Position numbers and translations under genes: made by a program. Shown piece after piece: positions 35,589-45,030 of a stretch of DNA of 64,000 nt. The DNA comes from an uncultured Thermoleophilaceae bacterium (GTDB lineage: Bacteria > Actinomycetota > Thermoleophilia > Solirubrobacterales > Thermoleophilaceae): the NCBI GenBank assembly GCA_963778615.1, contig CAVZVD010000011.1, forward strand, positions 189,915-253,914, in the 5' to 3' direction. The first letter of the stretch is position 1, and the number at the start of each line of letters is the position of its first letter. The notes below the pieces were generated by a model. That model ran no database searches. It had not been told where the DNA came from and worked only from the letters and a program-made list of their open reading frames with translations.

Positions 35589-36052
35589 CTCTCGTCCAGG
35601 TATGTGAGCTTGTACTTGCCGACCTGCAGCTCGTCGCTGTCGGTCAGCCGGTGCGACTCGATCCGGCGCCTGTTCACGTAGGTGCCGTTGAGCGAGCCCA
35701 GGTCGTCTATGTAGAGCCCGTCGCGGCGGCGCACGATCAGGGCGTGGTTGCGGGACACGGTCACGTCGTCGAGGAAGATCTCCGCCTCCGGGCTGCGGCC
35801 GATCGTCATGCGCTCGCCGCTCAGCGTGAAGGCCTCGCCCGCGCGCCCGCCGCCCGACCGGATGACGATCGTGGCGCCCTCGTGGGTGACCTCGTCGAGG
35901 TCGACCGCGCGCAGCTCGCCGGTCTCGTCGACCTGGTAGACCTCGGTCGTGTCGCCGGCCTTGCCCGACTCGGCCTCGCCGAGGAACGCGCCACAGCGCT
36001 GGCAGTAGTTGGCGCCCTCCGCGTTGACGAATCCGCACTCGGGGCAGTGCAC
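35585..36052 (-). CDS. FHA-domain protein (GarA/OdhI-like) with N-terminal zinc-ribbon
   Basis: ORF 35585..36052 (155 aa). MHCPECGFVNAEGANYCQRCG (CxxC...CxxC). A DTTEVY segment. FHA core MTIGRSPEAEIFLDDVTVSRNHALIVRRRDGLYIDDLGSLNGTYVN. Confidence 0.9.
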   Translation of the reverse strand: MHCPECGFVNAEGANYCQRCGAFLGEAESGKAGDTTEVYQVDETGELRAVDLDEVTHEGATIVIRSGGGRAGEAFTLSGERMTIGRSPEAEIFLDDVTVSRNHALIVRRRDGLYIDDLGSLNGTYVNRRRIESHRLTDSDELQVGKYKLTYLDER

Positions 36053-36058
36053 GGCGGC

Positions 36059-36319
36059 CTACCCGGGTCCGTCGTCGGCCGGGATTCCCTTCCCGGACAG
36101 GATGTCGGTGAGCTGCTGCACGTCGTCGCCGCTGATCACGGACTCGCCTTCAGCATGCTTCTTGCGCAGCCTGTTCACAAGTTCCGCGCGCAAGATGTCG
36201 ATCTTGCCGTGCAGGATGCGGCGACGGTACGACACCTCCTGCTCCTCCTCGGTCAGTTGCTGGATGAGGTCCTTCAGCTCCTGGTCGGAGAGGGCACCCA
36301 GATCCGGGAAAGTGTCCAT
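36059..36319 (-). CDS. Small coiled-coil protein with an RsiG-like c-di-GMP-binding motif (87 aa)
   Basis: Within ORF 36059..36376. ATG 36319 gives MDTFPDLGALSDQELKDLIQQLTEEEQEVSYRRRILHGKIDILRAELVNRLRKK... It contains E-x3-S-x2-R-x3-H-x3-D; the RsiG motif is E-x3-S-x2-R-x3-Q-x3-D. Confidence 0.7.
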   Translation of the reverse strand: MDTFPDLGALSDQELKDLIQQLTEEEQEVSYRRRILHGKIDILRAELVNRLRKKHAEGESVISGDDVQQLTDILSGKGIPADDGPG

Positions 36320-36325
36320 TCGGCG

Positions 36326-36331
36326 ACTATA
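36326..36331 (-). promoter_or_regulatory. Candidate -10 hexamer (TATAGT) for a leaderless transcript of the RsiG-like gene
   Basis: The minus strand reads GCTATAGTCGCCGAATG: TATAGT, a 6-nt spacer, then ATG 36319. The motif TATAGTCGCC also occurs upstream of proS. Confidence 0.35.
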
Positions 36332-36339
36332 GCCGATGC

Positions 36340-36951
36340 TCAAGTAGAGGTTGAGCCTTGGTGAAGGCCTCGCCATCCATCTTGCATGTAGCGCGCCGTA
36401 GCCGCAAGCGTCAGGGCGAGGCCCAGGTAGAGCAGGGCGGCGGAGACCCAGGTCTCGACGATCATGGCGAGGCCGAGCGCCCCCATCACCGGCCAGACGG
36501 CCCAGCGGCCCAGCATGTTCACGCTCAGGTCGATGCCGCGCCGCAGCGCGATCTGGGTCAGGAGCAGCATCAGCGCCTCACGCGCCGCCAGCACCAGCAG
36601 CGCCCAGCGCGGCAGCAGCTCGAACTCCCAGGCCACGATGGCGCCCGAGATCACGAGCAGGCGGTCCGTGAGCGGGTCGAGCAGGGCGCCCAGGCGGCTG
36701 TACTGGCCGGTGATCCGCGCGGCCATGCCGTCGAGCTGGTCGGCCCAGGCGATGAAGGCGAACAGGATGGTGGCGGCGGTGTCGCGGCCGTCGCCCGAGT
36801 CGAGCGCCATGATCAGGAAGACCGGGATCAGGGCGAGCCGCACGAACCCGATGGCGTTGGGGATCGTCCAGGGGTGGAGCGCCTCCCCGCGGAGCGTCTC
36901 GGGGGGCGGGCCGCCGGAGCGGTCGAGGCCGACGAGGCGCCGGAACGTCAG
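36340..36951 (-). CDS. pgsA: CDP-diacylglycerol--glycerol-3-phosphate 3-phosphatidyltransferase (CDP-alcohol phosphatidyltransferase family); start uncertain
   Basis: ORF 36340..36843 begins at a GTG inside the conserved N-terminus. The in-frame upstream peptide ...LRGEALHPWTIPNAIGFVRLALIPVFL must be part of the protein. The only candidate start after the proS stop is CTG 36951. Motif DQLDGMAARITGQYSRLGALLDPLTDR. Confidence 0.8.
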   Translation of the reverse strand: MTFRRLVGLDRSGGPPPETLRGEALHPWTIPNAIGFVRLALIPVFLIMALDSGDGRDTAATILFAFIAWADQLDGMAARITGQYSRLGALLDPLTDRLLVISGAIVAWEFELLPRWALLVLAAREALMLLLTQIALRRGIDLSVNMLGRWAVWPVMGALGLAMIVETWVSAALLYLGLALTLAATARYMQDGWRGLHQGSTST

Positions 36952-36996
36952 GGGCGGCGCTCGGCCCGCCGCCTTCGCCGTCGCCCTCGCGGCGGC

Positions 36997-38695
36997 TCAG
37001 GGAAGGCTTGCCCAAAGCTCCGCGGCCGCCGCGGCGGCGCCCTCGAGGGGCAGCGAGCGCTTCTCCTGGGCGCGCCGGATCTGCACGTCCACCTCGCCGG
37101 CCTCGAGTCCTCGCTTGCCGATCGTCAGGCGCAGCGGGCAGCCGAGCAGCTCGGCGTCGGCGAACTTCTCGCCCGCGCTGCCCTCGCGGTCGTCGTAGAG
37201 CACGTCGAGGCCGTGCGACGCGGAGCTCCTCGTAGAGCCGGTCCGACACCTCGCGGGCCTCCTCACCCTGCTTCCCGAGCGTGACGAGCTCGACGTCGAA
37301 GGGCGCCATGGCGCGCGGCCAGGAGATGCCCTGCTCGTCGGCGTACTGCTCGATGGCCGCGGCGACGATCCGGGCCGGCCCGATCCCGTACGAGCCCATC
37401 CAGATGAGCTGCTCCTTGCCGTGCTCGTCGAGGTAGCGGGCGCCCAGCGGCTCCGAGTAGCGCGTGCCCAGCTTGAAGATGTTGCCCACCTCGATCGCCG
37501 GCTCGATCGTGATCGGCGCCCCGTCCGGGCAGGTGTCGCCCTCCTCCACCCGCCGGACGTCGCCCCAGCTGGGGTCGAAGTCGCGGCCGGGCTCCACGCC
37601 GCGCAGGTGCAGGTCGTGCTCGTTGCCGCCCGTGACGAGGCCATGCAGGCCGCGCAGGGCTTCGTCGGCGAGCACCTCCACAGGCGCGCCGACCGGGCCG
37701 ATGAAGCCGGGCTCGGCCTTGAAGATCGAGCGCACCTCCTCGGGCTCGGCGGGCCTGGCCGCGGTGCCCAGCGCGTTCTGAAGCTTGATCTCGTTGAGGC
37801 GGTGGTCGCCGCGCACCAGCACCAGCACCGGCCCGCGGCCGTCCGCCACCACGGGCATCGCCTTGATCACGGCGCCGGCGGGCACGCCGAGCAGGCGCGT
37901 CACGTCCTCGACCGTGGTGGCGCCGGGCGTCTCGACCCGCTCGGGCGCGTCGAGCGGCCCGGGCAGACCGTCGACGGGCCGCGGGCTGGCGCTCGCCACC
38001 TCTATGTTGGCCGCGTAGCCCGCCGAGGAGAGCGCGACGTCGTTCTCGCCCGCCCCGCAGGGCGCCATGTACTCGTGGGCGCCGATGCCGCCCATCATCC
38101 CCACGTCCGACTCGACCCGGTACCACTCGAGCCCGGTCCGGTCGAAGATGCGGTCGTAGGCCTCGATATGGAGCTGATACGAGCGCTCGAGGCCGTCCGG
38201 ATCAACGTCGAACGAGTACGAGTCCTTCATGATGAACTCGCGGGTGCGGAGCACCCCGGCGCGGGGCCGCGCCTCGTCGCGCTCCTTGGTCTGGAAGTGG
38301 TAGAGGATCTTCGGCAGGTCGCGGTACGAGCGGACCTCGCGCGAGACGTGCCAGGTGACGTTCTCCTCGTGGCTCAGCGCGAGCACGAAGTCGGCGCCGC
38401 GCCGGTCCTTGAGCTTGAAGACCTCGTCGATGTCGTAGCGGCCGGTGCGCCTCCAGGTCTCGGCCGGCTGGATCACCGGCATCAGCATCTCCATCGCGCC
38501 GATCGCGTCGAGCTCCTCGCGGACGATCTGCTCGACCTTGCGGTGCGCCCGCCAGCCGGCCGGCAGCCAGGTCCAGAAGCCGGCGCTGACCTGCCTGGCG
38601 AGGCCCGCCCGCACGGTCAGGCGGTGCGAAATGGCCTCGGCGTCGGCCGGGGCCTCGCGCGTGGTAGGGAGGAAATAGCGGGAAAGCCGGGTCAC
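36997..38695 (-). CDS. proS: Proline--tRNA ligase (frameshift near 37220 as assembled)
   Basis: ORF 36578..38695 gives [32 protein letters not shown]...[29 protein letters not shown]...[17 protein letters not shown]. The C-terminal anticodon-binding part [46 protein letters not shown]... is in ORF 36997..37644. Confidence 0.95.
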
Positions 38696-38704
38696 GAGTG
38701 GGCG

Positions 38705-38710
38705 ACTATA
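38705..38710 (-). promoter_or_regulatory. Candidate -10 hexamer (TATAGT) upstream of proS
   Basis: The minus strand reads GATATAGTCGCCCACTCGTG: TATAGT, 9 nt, then GTG 38695. No SD. Confidence 0.3.
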
Positions 38711-38756
38711 TCCCCGTAGGGCTCAATTTCCTGGCCGAAACGCCGATGTAGAGGGG

Positions 38757-40761
38757 ATGGACCCTCCTGGGACCCAACGCGTGCTTCTACGCGTGTGCTG
38801 GTACGGCGCGGCCGTGCTGCTGGCGGCGTTCGTGCTGCAGGCCGCGACCGGCGTCGCCGGCGAGGCCGCGACCGGCTTCTTCCAGGACTACGTGTACAAC
38901 GCCCTGCTCCTGGCCGGGGCCGGCTTCTGCCTGTGGCGGGCGGCGGCGTTCCGCGAGGAGCGCGTCGCCTGGCTCGTCATTGGCGCGGGGCTCGTGGCCT
39001 GGACGGGTGCGGACGTGCTCTGGACCGCCGTATACGCGGACGACGCGAGCCCGCCCTACCCCGAGCGTGTCCGACGCGCTCTGGCTCGTCTACTACCCCG
39101 CCGCCTGCGTCACGCTGCTGCTCCTGGCCCGCGCCCGGGTCGGGAACGATCCGCCTCAACCTCCTCTTCGACGGGCTCATCGCCGCCCTGACGGTGGCCG
39201 CGCTCGGCTGCGCGGTGCTGTACGGGCCGGTCGTGCACGCGAGCGCCGGGGAGCTGAGCCCCGAGGTCCTCACCAACCTGGCCTACCCCGTCGGCGACCT
39301 GCTTCTGCTCGGCCTCGTCGTGGCGATCCTCGGCCTCACCGGCTGGCGCCCCGGGCGCGCCTGGATCCTGCTCGGGCTCGGCCTGGCGCTCGCCGCCGTG
39401 GCGGACGGCGTCTACCTGCTGCAGACGGTGGAGGGCACCTACGTCGAGGGCACGCTGCTCGAGACGCTGTGGCCCGCCTCGGCGCTCCTCGTGGGCCTCT
39501 CCGCCTGGCAGCCGGCCGAGCGGGCGGCGGCGACCACCCACGAGAGCCTCCGGTGGTGCTGGTGCCGTTCGCGGCCGGCCTGACGGGGATCGCGCCTGCT
39601 CACATACGACCACTTCGACCGCCTGAACGAGGTCACGGCTGATCCTCGGCTCGGTGGCGCTCCTGCTCGTGGTGGTGCGGACCGGCGCTGCTGTTCTCGG
39701 AGAACCAGCGCATGATCTCGCGCATCCACGACGAGGCGCGCACGGACCCGCTGACCGGCCTGCGCAACCGGCGCAGCCTGATGGACGACCTGGCCGACGA
39801 GCTGCGCGCTCGCGACGCGCGGACGAGCCGCGGGCGATCGTGCTGTTCGACCTCGACGGCTTCAAGGAGTACAACGACGCCTTCGGCCACCCCGCCGGGG
39901 ACGGGCTGCTGGTGCGGCTCGGGATGCGGCTGGCGGACGTCGTAGCGGGGCCACGGCCGGGCCTACCGGCTCGGCGGCGACGAGTTCTGCGTGCTGCTGC
40001 GGCCCGGCGCGGGCGGCGTCGAGCCGCTGACGCTGGCCTGCGTGGCGGCGCTGAGCGAGCACGGCGAGGGCTTCGACGTGACGACCTCGCACGGCGCCGT
40101 GCTGGCCCCCGCCGAGGCGCGCACCGCGACAGAGGCGCTGCAGCTCGCCGACCGGCGCATGTACGCCCGCAAGGGCGGGCGGCGGCTGTCGGCGTGGAAC
40201 CAGTCGCGCGACGTGCTGCTGCGGACCCTGTCCGAGACGCGGCCGGACCTGCACGCCCACCTGCGCGGCACCGCGGAGCTGGCGACGGCGGTGGGGCGCG
40301 AGCTGGGGATGCGCCCGGAGGCCTTGGACGAGGTCGCCCGGGCCGCCGAGCTCCACGACGTGGGCAAGATGGCGATCCCGGACGCGATCCTCGAGAAGAC
40401 GGGGCCGCTCGACGACGCCGAGTGGAGCTTCATGCGGCGCCACACGATCATCGGCGAGCGGATCCTGCTGGCGGCGCCGGCGCTCCGCTCGGCCGCGCGG
40501 CTGGTGCGCGCGAGCCACGAGCGCTGGGACGGGCTCGGGTACCCCGACGGCCTCGCCGGCGAGGACATCCCGCTGGGCGCCCGGGTGGTGGCCGCCTGCG
40601 ACGCCTACCACGCGATGACGACCGACCGCCCGCACCGGCCCCGCCAAAGCGCCTCGGAGGCGCTGGGGGAGCTGTCCCGCTGCGCCGGAACGCAGTTCGA
40701 CCCGGAGGTCGTGGAGGCGTTCGCGCGGGTGCTGGAGCGGGAAGCCGCCCACGCCGCGTAG
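38757..40761 (+). CDS. Membrane sensor GGDEF / HD-GYP protein (at least 5 frameshifts as assembled)
   Basis: Stitched from ORFs 38757, 38980, 38795, 39712, 39654 and 39991. Multi-TM N-terminus; DPLTGLRNRRSL, IVLFDLDGFKEYNDAFGHPAGD, YRLGGDEFCVLL; then ELHDVGKMAIPDAILEKTGPLDDAEW...HTIIGERIL...SHERWDGLGYPDGLAGEDIPLGARVVAACDAYHAMTTDRPHR. Confidence 0.85.
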
Positions 40762-40818
40762 TCACGAAGTACGGCTGCCCCCACCGAAATCCGCCGGGCT
40801 GCGAGCAATACTCGTTCG

Positions 40819-41274
40819 GTGCTGGTTCGGAACAAGACCGTCAACGGCGTAGAGCTCGTCCGGCGCTCGTACCGGATGCTCGAGGACCTGCGGAAGGCCC
40901 CGGACGGGCCGGCCGACCGGCTGCTGCGCGAGCTGGTGCACGAGCGCTTCGAGCTGCACCTGCCCCCCGTCTATCCGGACACCCAGGTCTTCCGCGGCCG
41001 CGACGGGCTCAAGCGCTGGGTCGTCAGGACCAGGGAGGTCTGGGGCGAATGGCGCTTCGACGTCGAGCGGTTCATCGACATGGGCGAGCGCGTCGTCGTG
41101 CTCGTGCACCTCGTGGCCGAGGGCGGGCAGAGCGGCGTCCGCCTCGAACGGGACACGGCGCACGTGTGGACGATCGCGGACGGGCAGGTGACCCGATGCG
41201 CGGTGTACCTGGATCGCGCCGAGGCCCTGGAGGCGCTGGGCCTGAGCGAGGGTCAGACCCTTGAGTCGGGGCGA
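40819..41274 (+). CDS. SnoaL/NTF2-like family protein (the assembled ORF stays open to 42576; the true end is likely ~41250-41275)
   Basis: The first ~145 aa of ORF 40819..42576 read ...FRGRDGLKRWVVRTREVWGEWRFDVERFIDMGERVVVLVHLVAEGGQSGVRLERDTAHVWTIADGQVTRCAVYLDRAEALEALGL. Paralogous to 59481..59876. The remainder is antisense to the LysR gene. Confidence 0.6.
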
Positions 41275-42150
41275 CTAGATCTCAGGCCGCATCGCGGACA
41301 GCACGTGCTCGCGGAACGCCTGCGCGGCGGGCGTCGGGCGCTCGCCCGCGCGCCACACCAGCGAGACGGGCAGGGCTTGCGGCGGGCTCAACGGGCGGAT
41401 CGCCAGGCGGTCGGCGTGCGACGCCACGACCGAGCGCGGCATGAGCGTGACGCCCAGCCCGCGTGCGGTGAGCTCCCGCACGGTCTCCAGCTCGTTGGCC
41501 TCGGCGACGACGCGGCCACCCGGCACCAGCGCGACCAGCGCATCGCGCAGCGCCGACCCGGCGCCGTAGGCCACCAGCGCCTCGCCGGCCAGGCGCTCCA
41601 CGCGCACGCGCTTGGCTCGCGCAAGCGGATGTTCAAGGGGCGCGACGAGGACGAGCTCCTCGTCGCGCAGCCGCGCGCCATCGAGCCCGTCGAGGGCGCC
41701 GACGTCGACGAGCGCCAGCACGAGGTCCAGGCCGCCGTCGCGGAGCGCGCCGAGCAGCGTGAACGCCACGTCCTCGCGCACGGTGATGGCCACCCCCGGG
41801 TGGGCACGGCTGAAGTCGGCGATCAGCGCAGCGGGGTGAACGGGGCCGACCGGCGGCACGCCGCCGAGGCGCAGCGTCCCCCGGACCAGCCCCTGGAGGG
41901 CGTCCAGATCCGCGCGCACGCCGTCCACCTCGGTCGAGCGCGCGCCGCGCGCGCGCCAGGACGAGCTCGCCCGCCTCGGTCACCTCGACGCGACGGGTGG
42001 TGCGGCGCAGGAGCTCGACGCCGAGCTCGCGCTCGAGCCGCCCCACCTGCTGCGAGAGCGCCGACTGTGCGACGTGGAGGTCCAGCGCGCCTGGGTGAAC
42101 GAGCGACGGCGGGCGACGGCGTCCAGGTAGCGCAGCTGGCGCAGCTCCAT
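41275..42150 (-). CDS. LysR-family transcriptional regulator (2-3 frameshifts as assembled)
   Basis: MELRQLRYLDAVARRRSFTQA is in ORF 41980..42366 (ATG 42150). GRLERELGVELLRRTTRRVEVTEAGELVLARARRAL is in ORF 41633..42046. The effector domain is in ORF 41275..41928. Confidence 0.85.
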
Positions 42151-42235
42151 GCAGGGCAATTTATCTCGTCTGCTTATGAGTGCTGGCAGATCTTCGTATT
42201 GCGCGATGGATCGGTCCCGTGCAACCGTGTGGCCC

Positions 42236-42553
42236 ATGCCCCCTCCGCCGACCTCTCCGCGCGTCGACGGTGTGCTGCTACGCATGGCACGCGCCGACGA
42301 CGACGCCGACCTCGTCCGCTTGGCCGCGCTGGACAGCGCGCGCCCGCCGGCGGGTCCCGCCCTCATCGCCGAGGAGAACGGCGCGATCGTCGCTGCGCTG
42401 TGCCTGTCGACCGGCCGCGCCGTCGCGGACCCGTTCGTCCCGTCGCTGCACCTCGTCGAGCTGCTGCGCCGGCACGCGGCCTGCCGGCACGCGTCCGCCG
42501 CCCCGCCGCGCGGCCGCCGGCTGCTGCCCCGCCTCGCGCTACGGGCGGGCTGA
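42236..42553 (+). CDS. Hypothetical protein (105 aa)
   Basis: Within ORF 42149..42553, from ATG 42236. MPPPPTSPRVDGVLLRMARADDDADLVRLAALDSARPPAGPALIAEENGAIVAALCLSTGRAVADPF... Divergent from the LysR gene. No family assigned. Confidence 0.5.
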   Translation: MPPPPTSPRVDGVLLRMARADDDADLVRLAALDSARPPAGPALIAEENGAIVAALCLSTGRAVADPFVPSLHLVELLRRHAACRHASAAPPRGRRLLPRLALRAG

Positions 42554-42569
42554 AGGGCGATCGGCTTTC

Positions 42570-42982
42570 GTGGTGACGGCCGAGGTCAAGCTGCTCGCTC
42601 CCGACGAGGCGAGCGACGAGGCCCTCGTCGACGAGCTCGTCCGCATAGTCAACGCGGCATACGCCGTCGGCGAGGCCGGACTGTGGCTCGAGGGCACGGC
42701 GCGTATCGGGCCGGGCGAGATCGCCGAGGCGATCCGCAGTGGTGGGATGCTCGCGGCCACGCGCCAGGGCCGGCTTGTTCGCGCGGCGTGACGACGATGC
42801 AGCTCGAGCTGCTCGTCCCGAAGGGATGGGCCCATCCGGAGAAGGACCGCCTCCGCAGCTGGTACACCCGACTCGGCTACCGAGTGGTGCGGTCGGCGCC
42901 GTTCGACGAAGTGGCGTCGCCCCCCGCGTCCCAGCTGGCGGCGCCGTGCGAGTTCCTCATCTTCCGCAAGGCGCTGGCGTAG
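42570..42982 (+). CDS. GNAT-like acetyltransferase-fold protein (frameshift near 42785 as assembled)
   Basis: GTG 42570 gives VVTAEVKLLAPDEASDEALVDELVRIVNAAYAVGEAGLWLEGTARIG... (ORF 42180 frame). The C-terminus ...QLELLVPKGWAHPEKDRLRSWYTRLGYRVV... is in ORF 42683..42982. Confidence 0.55.
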
Positions 42983-43001
42983 GCGCTAGGCGCGCGCCCG
43001 C

Positions 43002-43074
43002 GTGAAGCGCCGCCCCGCCGTCGGCGAGGCCGCTGCTAGGCCCGGGTGAAGCGCCGCCCCGCCGTCGGCGAGGC
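43002..43074. repeat. 43-bp-period tandem duplication of the 3' end of ispG
   Basis: The identical 30-mer GTGAAGCGCCGCCCCGCCGTCGGCGAGGCC occurs at 43002-43031 and 43045-43074. A CTAGG precedes each copy, immediately or within ~12 nt. Confidence 0.85.
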
Positions 43075-44338
43075 CTCTTCGTCCAGCGTGATCCGCTTCG
43101 CCTTCGGGGCGCCCGCCATCGGCAGCGTCTGGCCGTTACCGCCCAGCGCGTCCTCGCTCGCGGCCGCGGCCTCCATCGCCGCGATCCGCTCCGGGGTCAG
43201 CTCGCCGGCGTTCTCCTCCTCGATCTTCTCGAGCCAGGCCGCGCCCTCGGCCGACTTGCCCTCGTCGACCACGCACCTCGCCGCGGTCGATCGACTTGTC
43301 GATCTCGGCGAACAGGGCGTCGACCAGGTCGTCCTGCGGCACCTTCCGCAGCGGCTTGCCGTGGGCGAAGATCAGCCCCTCGTTCTTGGCGCCGGTGATG
43401 CCGAAGTCGGCGTGCGACGCCTCGCCGATCCCGTTCACGGCGCAGCCGAGCACGGCCACCTCGATCGGGTCGTCGTAGCCCCGCAGCCGCTCCTCGATCT
43501 CGGCCACGACGGTGTCCATGTCGAACTGGAGCCGCCCGCAGGTCGGGCAGGCGATCAGCACCGGGCCGCGCTCGCGCAGCTTCAAGCGCCTTGAGGATCT
43601 CCCAGGCGACCTTGACCTCCTCCTCCGCGTGGAAGGTGGAGAGCGAGATGCGGATGGTGTCCCCCACGCCGTCGGCCAGCAGCGTGCCGAGCCCGACCGC
43701 CGACTTCAGCGAGCCGGACCACTTCGTGCCCGCCTCGGTGATGCCGAGGTGGAGCGGATAGTCGATCCGCTCGGCCAGGAGCCGGTTGGAGGCGATCGTG
43801 TTGGGCACGCTGGTCGACTTGATCGGAGACCTTGAAGTCCTCGAAGCGGAGCCGCTCCATCAGCTCGACGTGCTCGATGGCGGCGGCGACGAGCGCCTCG
43901 ACCGCGTTCTCGCGCTCGAGCTCGTGGAGGTGCTTGGGCAGCGAGCCGGAGTTGACCCCGATCCGCATCGGAACGCCCGCGGCGCGCGCCTTCTCGACGA
44001 CCTCGCCGACCTTCTCGTGGCCGCCGATGTTGCCGGGGTTGATGCGGACGCAGTGGGCGCCGGCGTCGATCGCCTTGAGCGCGAGCGTGTGGTTGAAGTG
44101 GATGTCGGCGATGATCGGGAATCGGCGACTCGCGAACGATCCGCTCGAGCGCCCGAACGTCGTCGTCGCGCGGAACGGCGCACCGAACGAGGTCCCCGCC
44201 GGCCTCGGCGATCGCATGGATCTGGCGCATGGTCGCGTCGTAGTCGGCGGTCTCGGTCTTCGTCATCGACTGAACGGCGACGGGAGCGCCGCCGCCGATC
44301 TTCACCCCGCCGACGTCGATCTGTCGCTTCGAGGCCAT
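43036..44338 (-). CDS. ispG: 4-hydroxy-3-methylbut-2-en-1-yl diphosphate synthase IspG/GcpE (at least 4 frameshifts as assembled)
   Basis: Stitched from ORFs 43706..44650 ([31 protein letters not shown] 44338), 43582..44217 ([31 protein letters not shown]...), 43197..43808 ([27 protein letters not shown]...), 43136..43585 ([11 protein letters not shown]...[11 protein letters not shown]) and 43036..43272 (C-terminal tail). Confidence 0.9.
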
Positions 44339-44644
44339 CGCGCATCCAGAGTAGTGGCTCGACGATGCGCTGCGATGCCTAACACGCCGCGCCGTCGCGG
44401 GGCTGCGCGAGCTCTGGAGGCCGCGCGCGCCGCGCGCGGCGCAAGGGTCTGAGGCGACCGTCGATGCCGCCCTGCAAGGAGTCCTGCCGGCTAGCGCTGG
44501 CGGAATTCGATCCGTCGCCACGGCGACGAGCGACGGCACTCCGACGAGTCGAGACCAACCGGGCGGAGCGCTCCTGAATGCCGCCTGAGCTGCCGGTCCG
44601 CTGACCGCTCCTCCCAGTCCGGCACCGAGGTCGTAGCGACGCCG

Positions 44645-45012
44645 GTGCACCGGCGCTTGCCCGACCTGGCGACCTGGTACAACTCTCAGGTACCGCAGCC
44701 GGCGGGCGCCGTCTGCGACCTCGGCCGGACTCGTGCGGCTCGCGCCAAACGACTCGAGCTCGCGCTATCGCAGACCGATGGACTCAGTCGATCCGTGCCC
44801 GATGCCGGGCCGGCTGTCACGCCGGGCGTCGCGAGCTGCAGCTCGGCTCACCGCGGAGAACGAGCACCGCCGCGTGCCGCCGGAGGACCGTGCGTGATCG
44901 CCGCTCGGCCGACGACGCGCGTACCGCTCGTCCACTACGACCGCGACTAGCGATGCGGATCGCGGCCGTGGGCGCCATCTCGAGCGACGAGCGGTTCGTG
45001 CAGCCGACGGCG
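44645..45012 (+). pseudogene. Possible relic PIN-domain (VapC-like) gene in the ispG-fadD gap
   Basis: ORF 44645..44950 ends ...GGPCVIAARPTTRVPLVHYDRD*. A +1 shift continues LAMRIAAVGAISSDERFVQP. This resembles the PIN C-terminal pattern D.lIAA.A...g.pLvHyDrDFd.IA.vtG (compare vapC at 8529: VAVLHYDEDYDRIAEITGQP). The N-terminal half is not recognisable. Confidence 0.3.
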
Positions 45013-45030
45013 GCTCTTGCCGGACCGGCC

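Noticed and set aside
41275-42576. Continuation of ORF 40819..42576 beyond the ~145-aa NTF2-like domain, which would make a 585-aa protein
   Set aside because: The extension is antisense to a clear LysR gene and is Arg/Ala/Gly-rich. Most likely the true stop was lost to an indel, or the high GC content simply keeps the frame open.
44488-44525. tRNA-like T-arm sequence GGCGGAATTCGATCCGTCGCC
   Set aside because: The loop is not the canonical 7-nt TTCRANY. I could not find a complementary acceptor 5' strand or D and anticodon arms upstream. The downstream GTCGCC-AC-GGCGAC is just a small palindrome.
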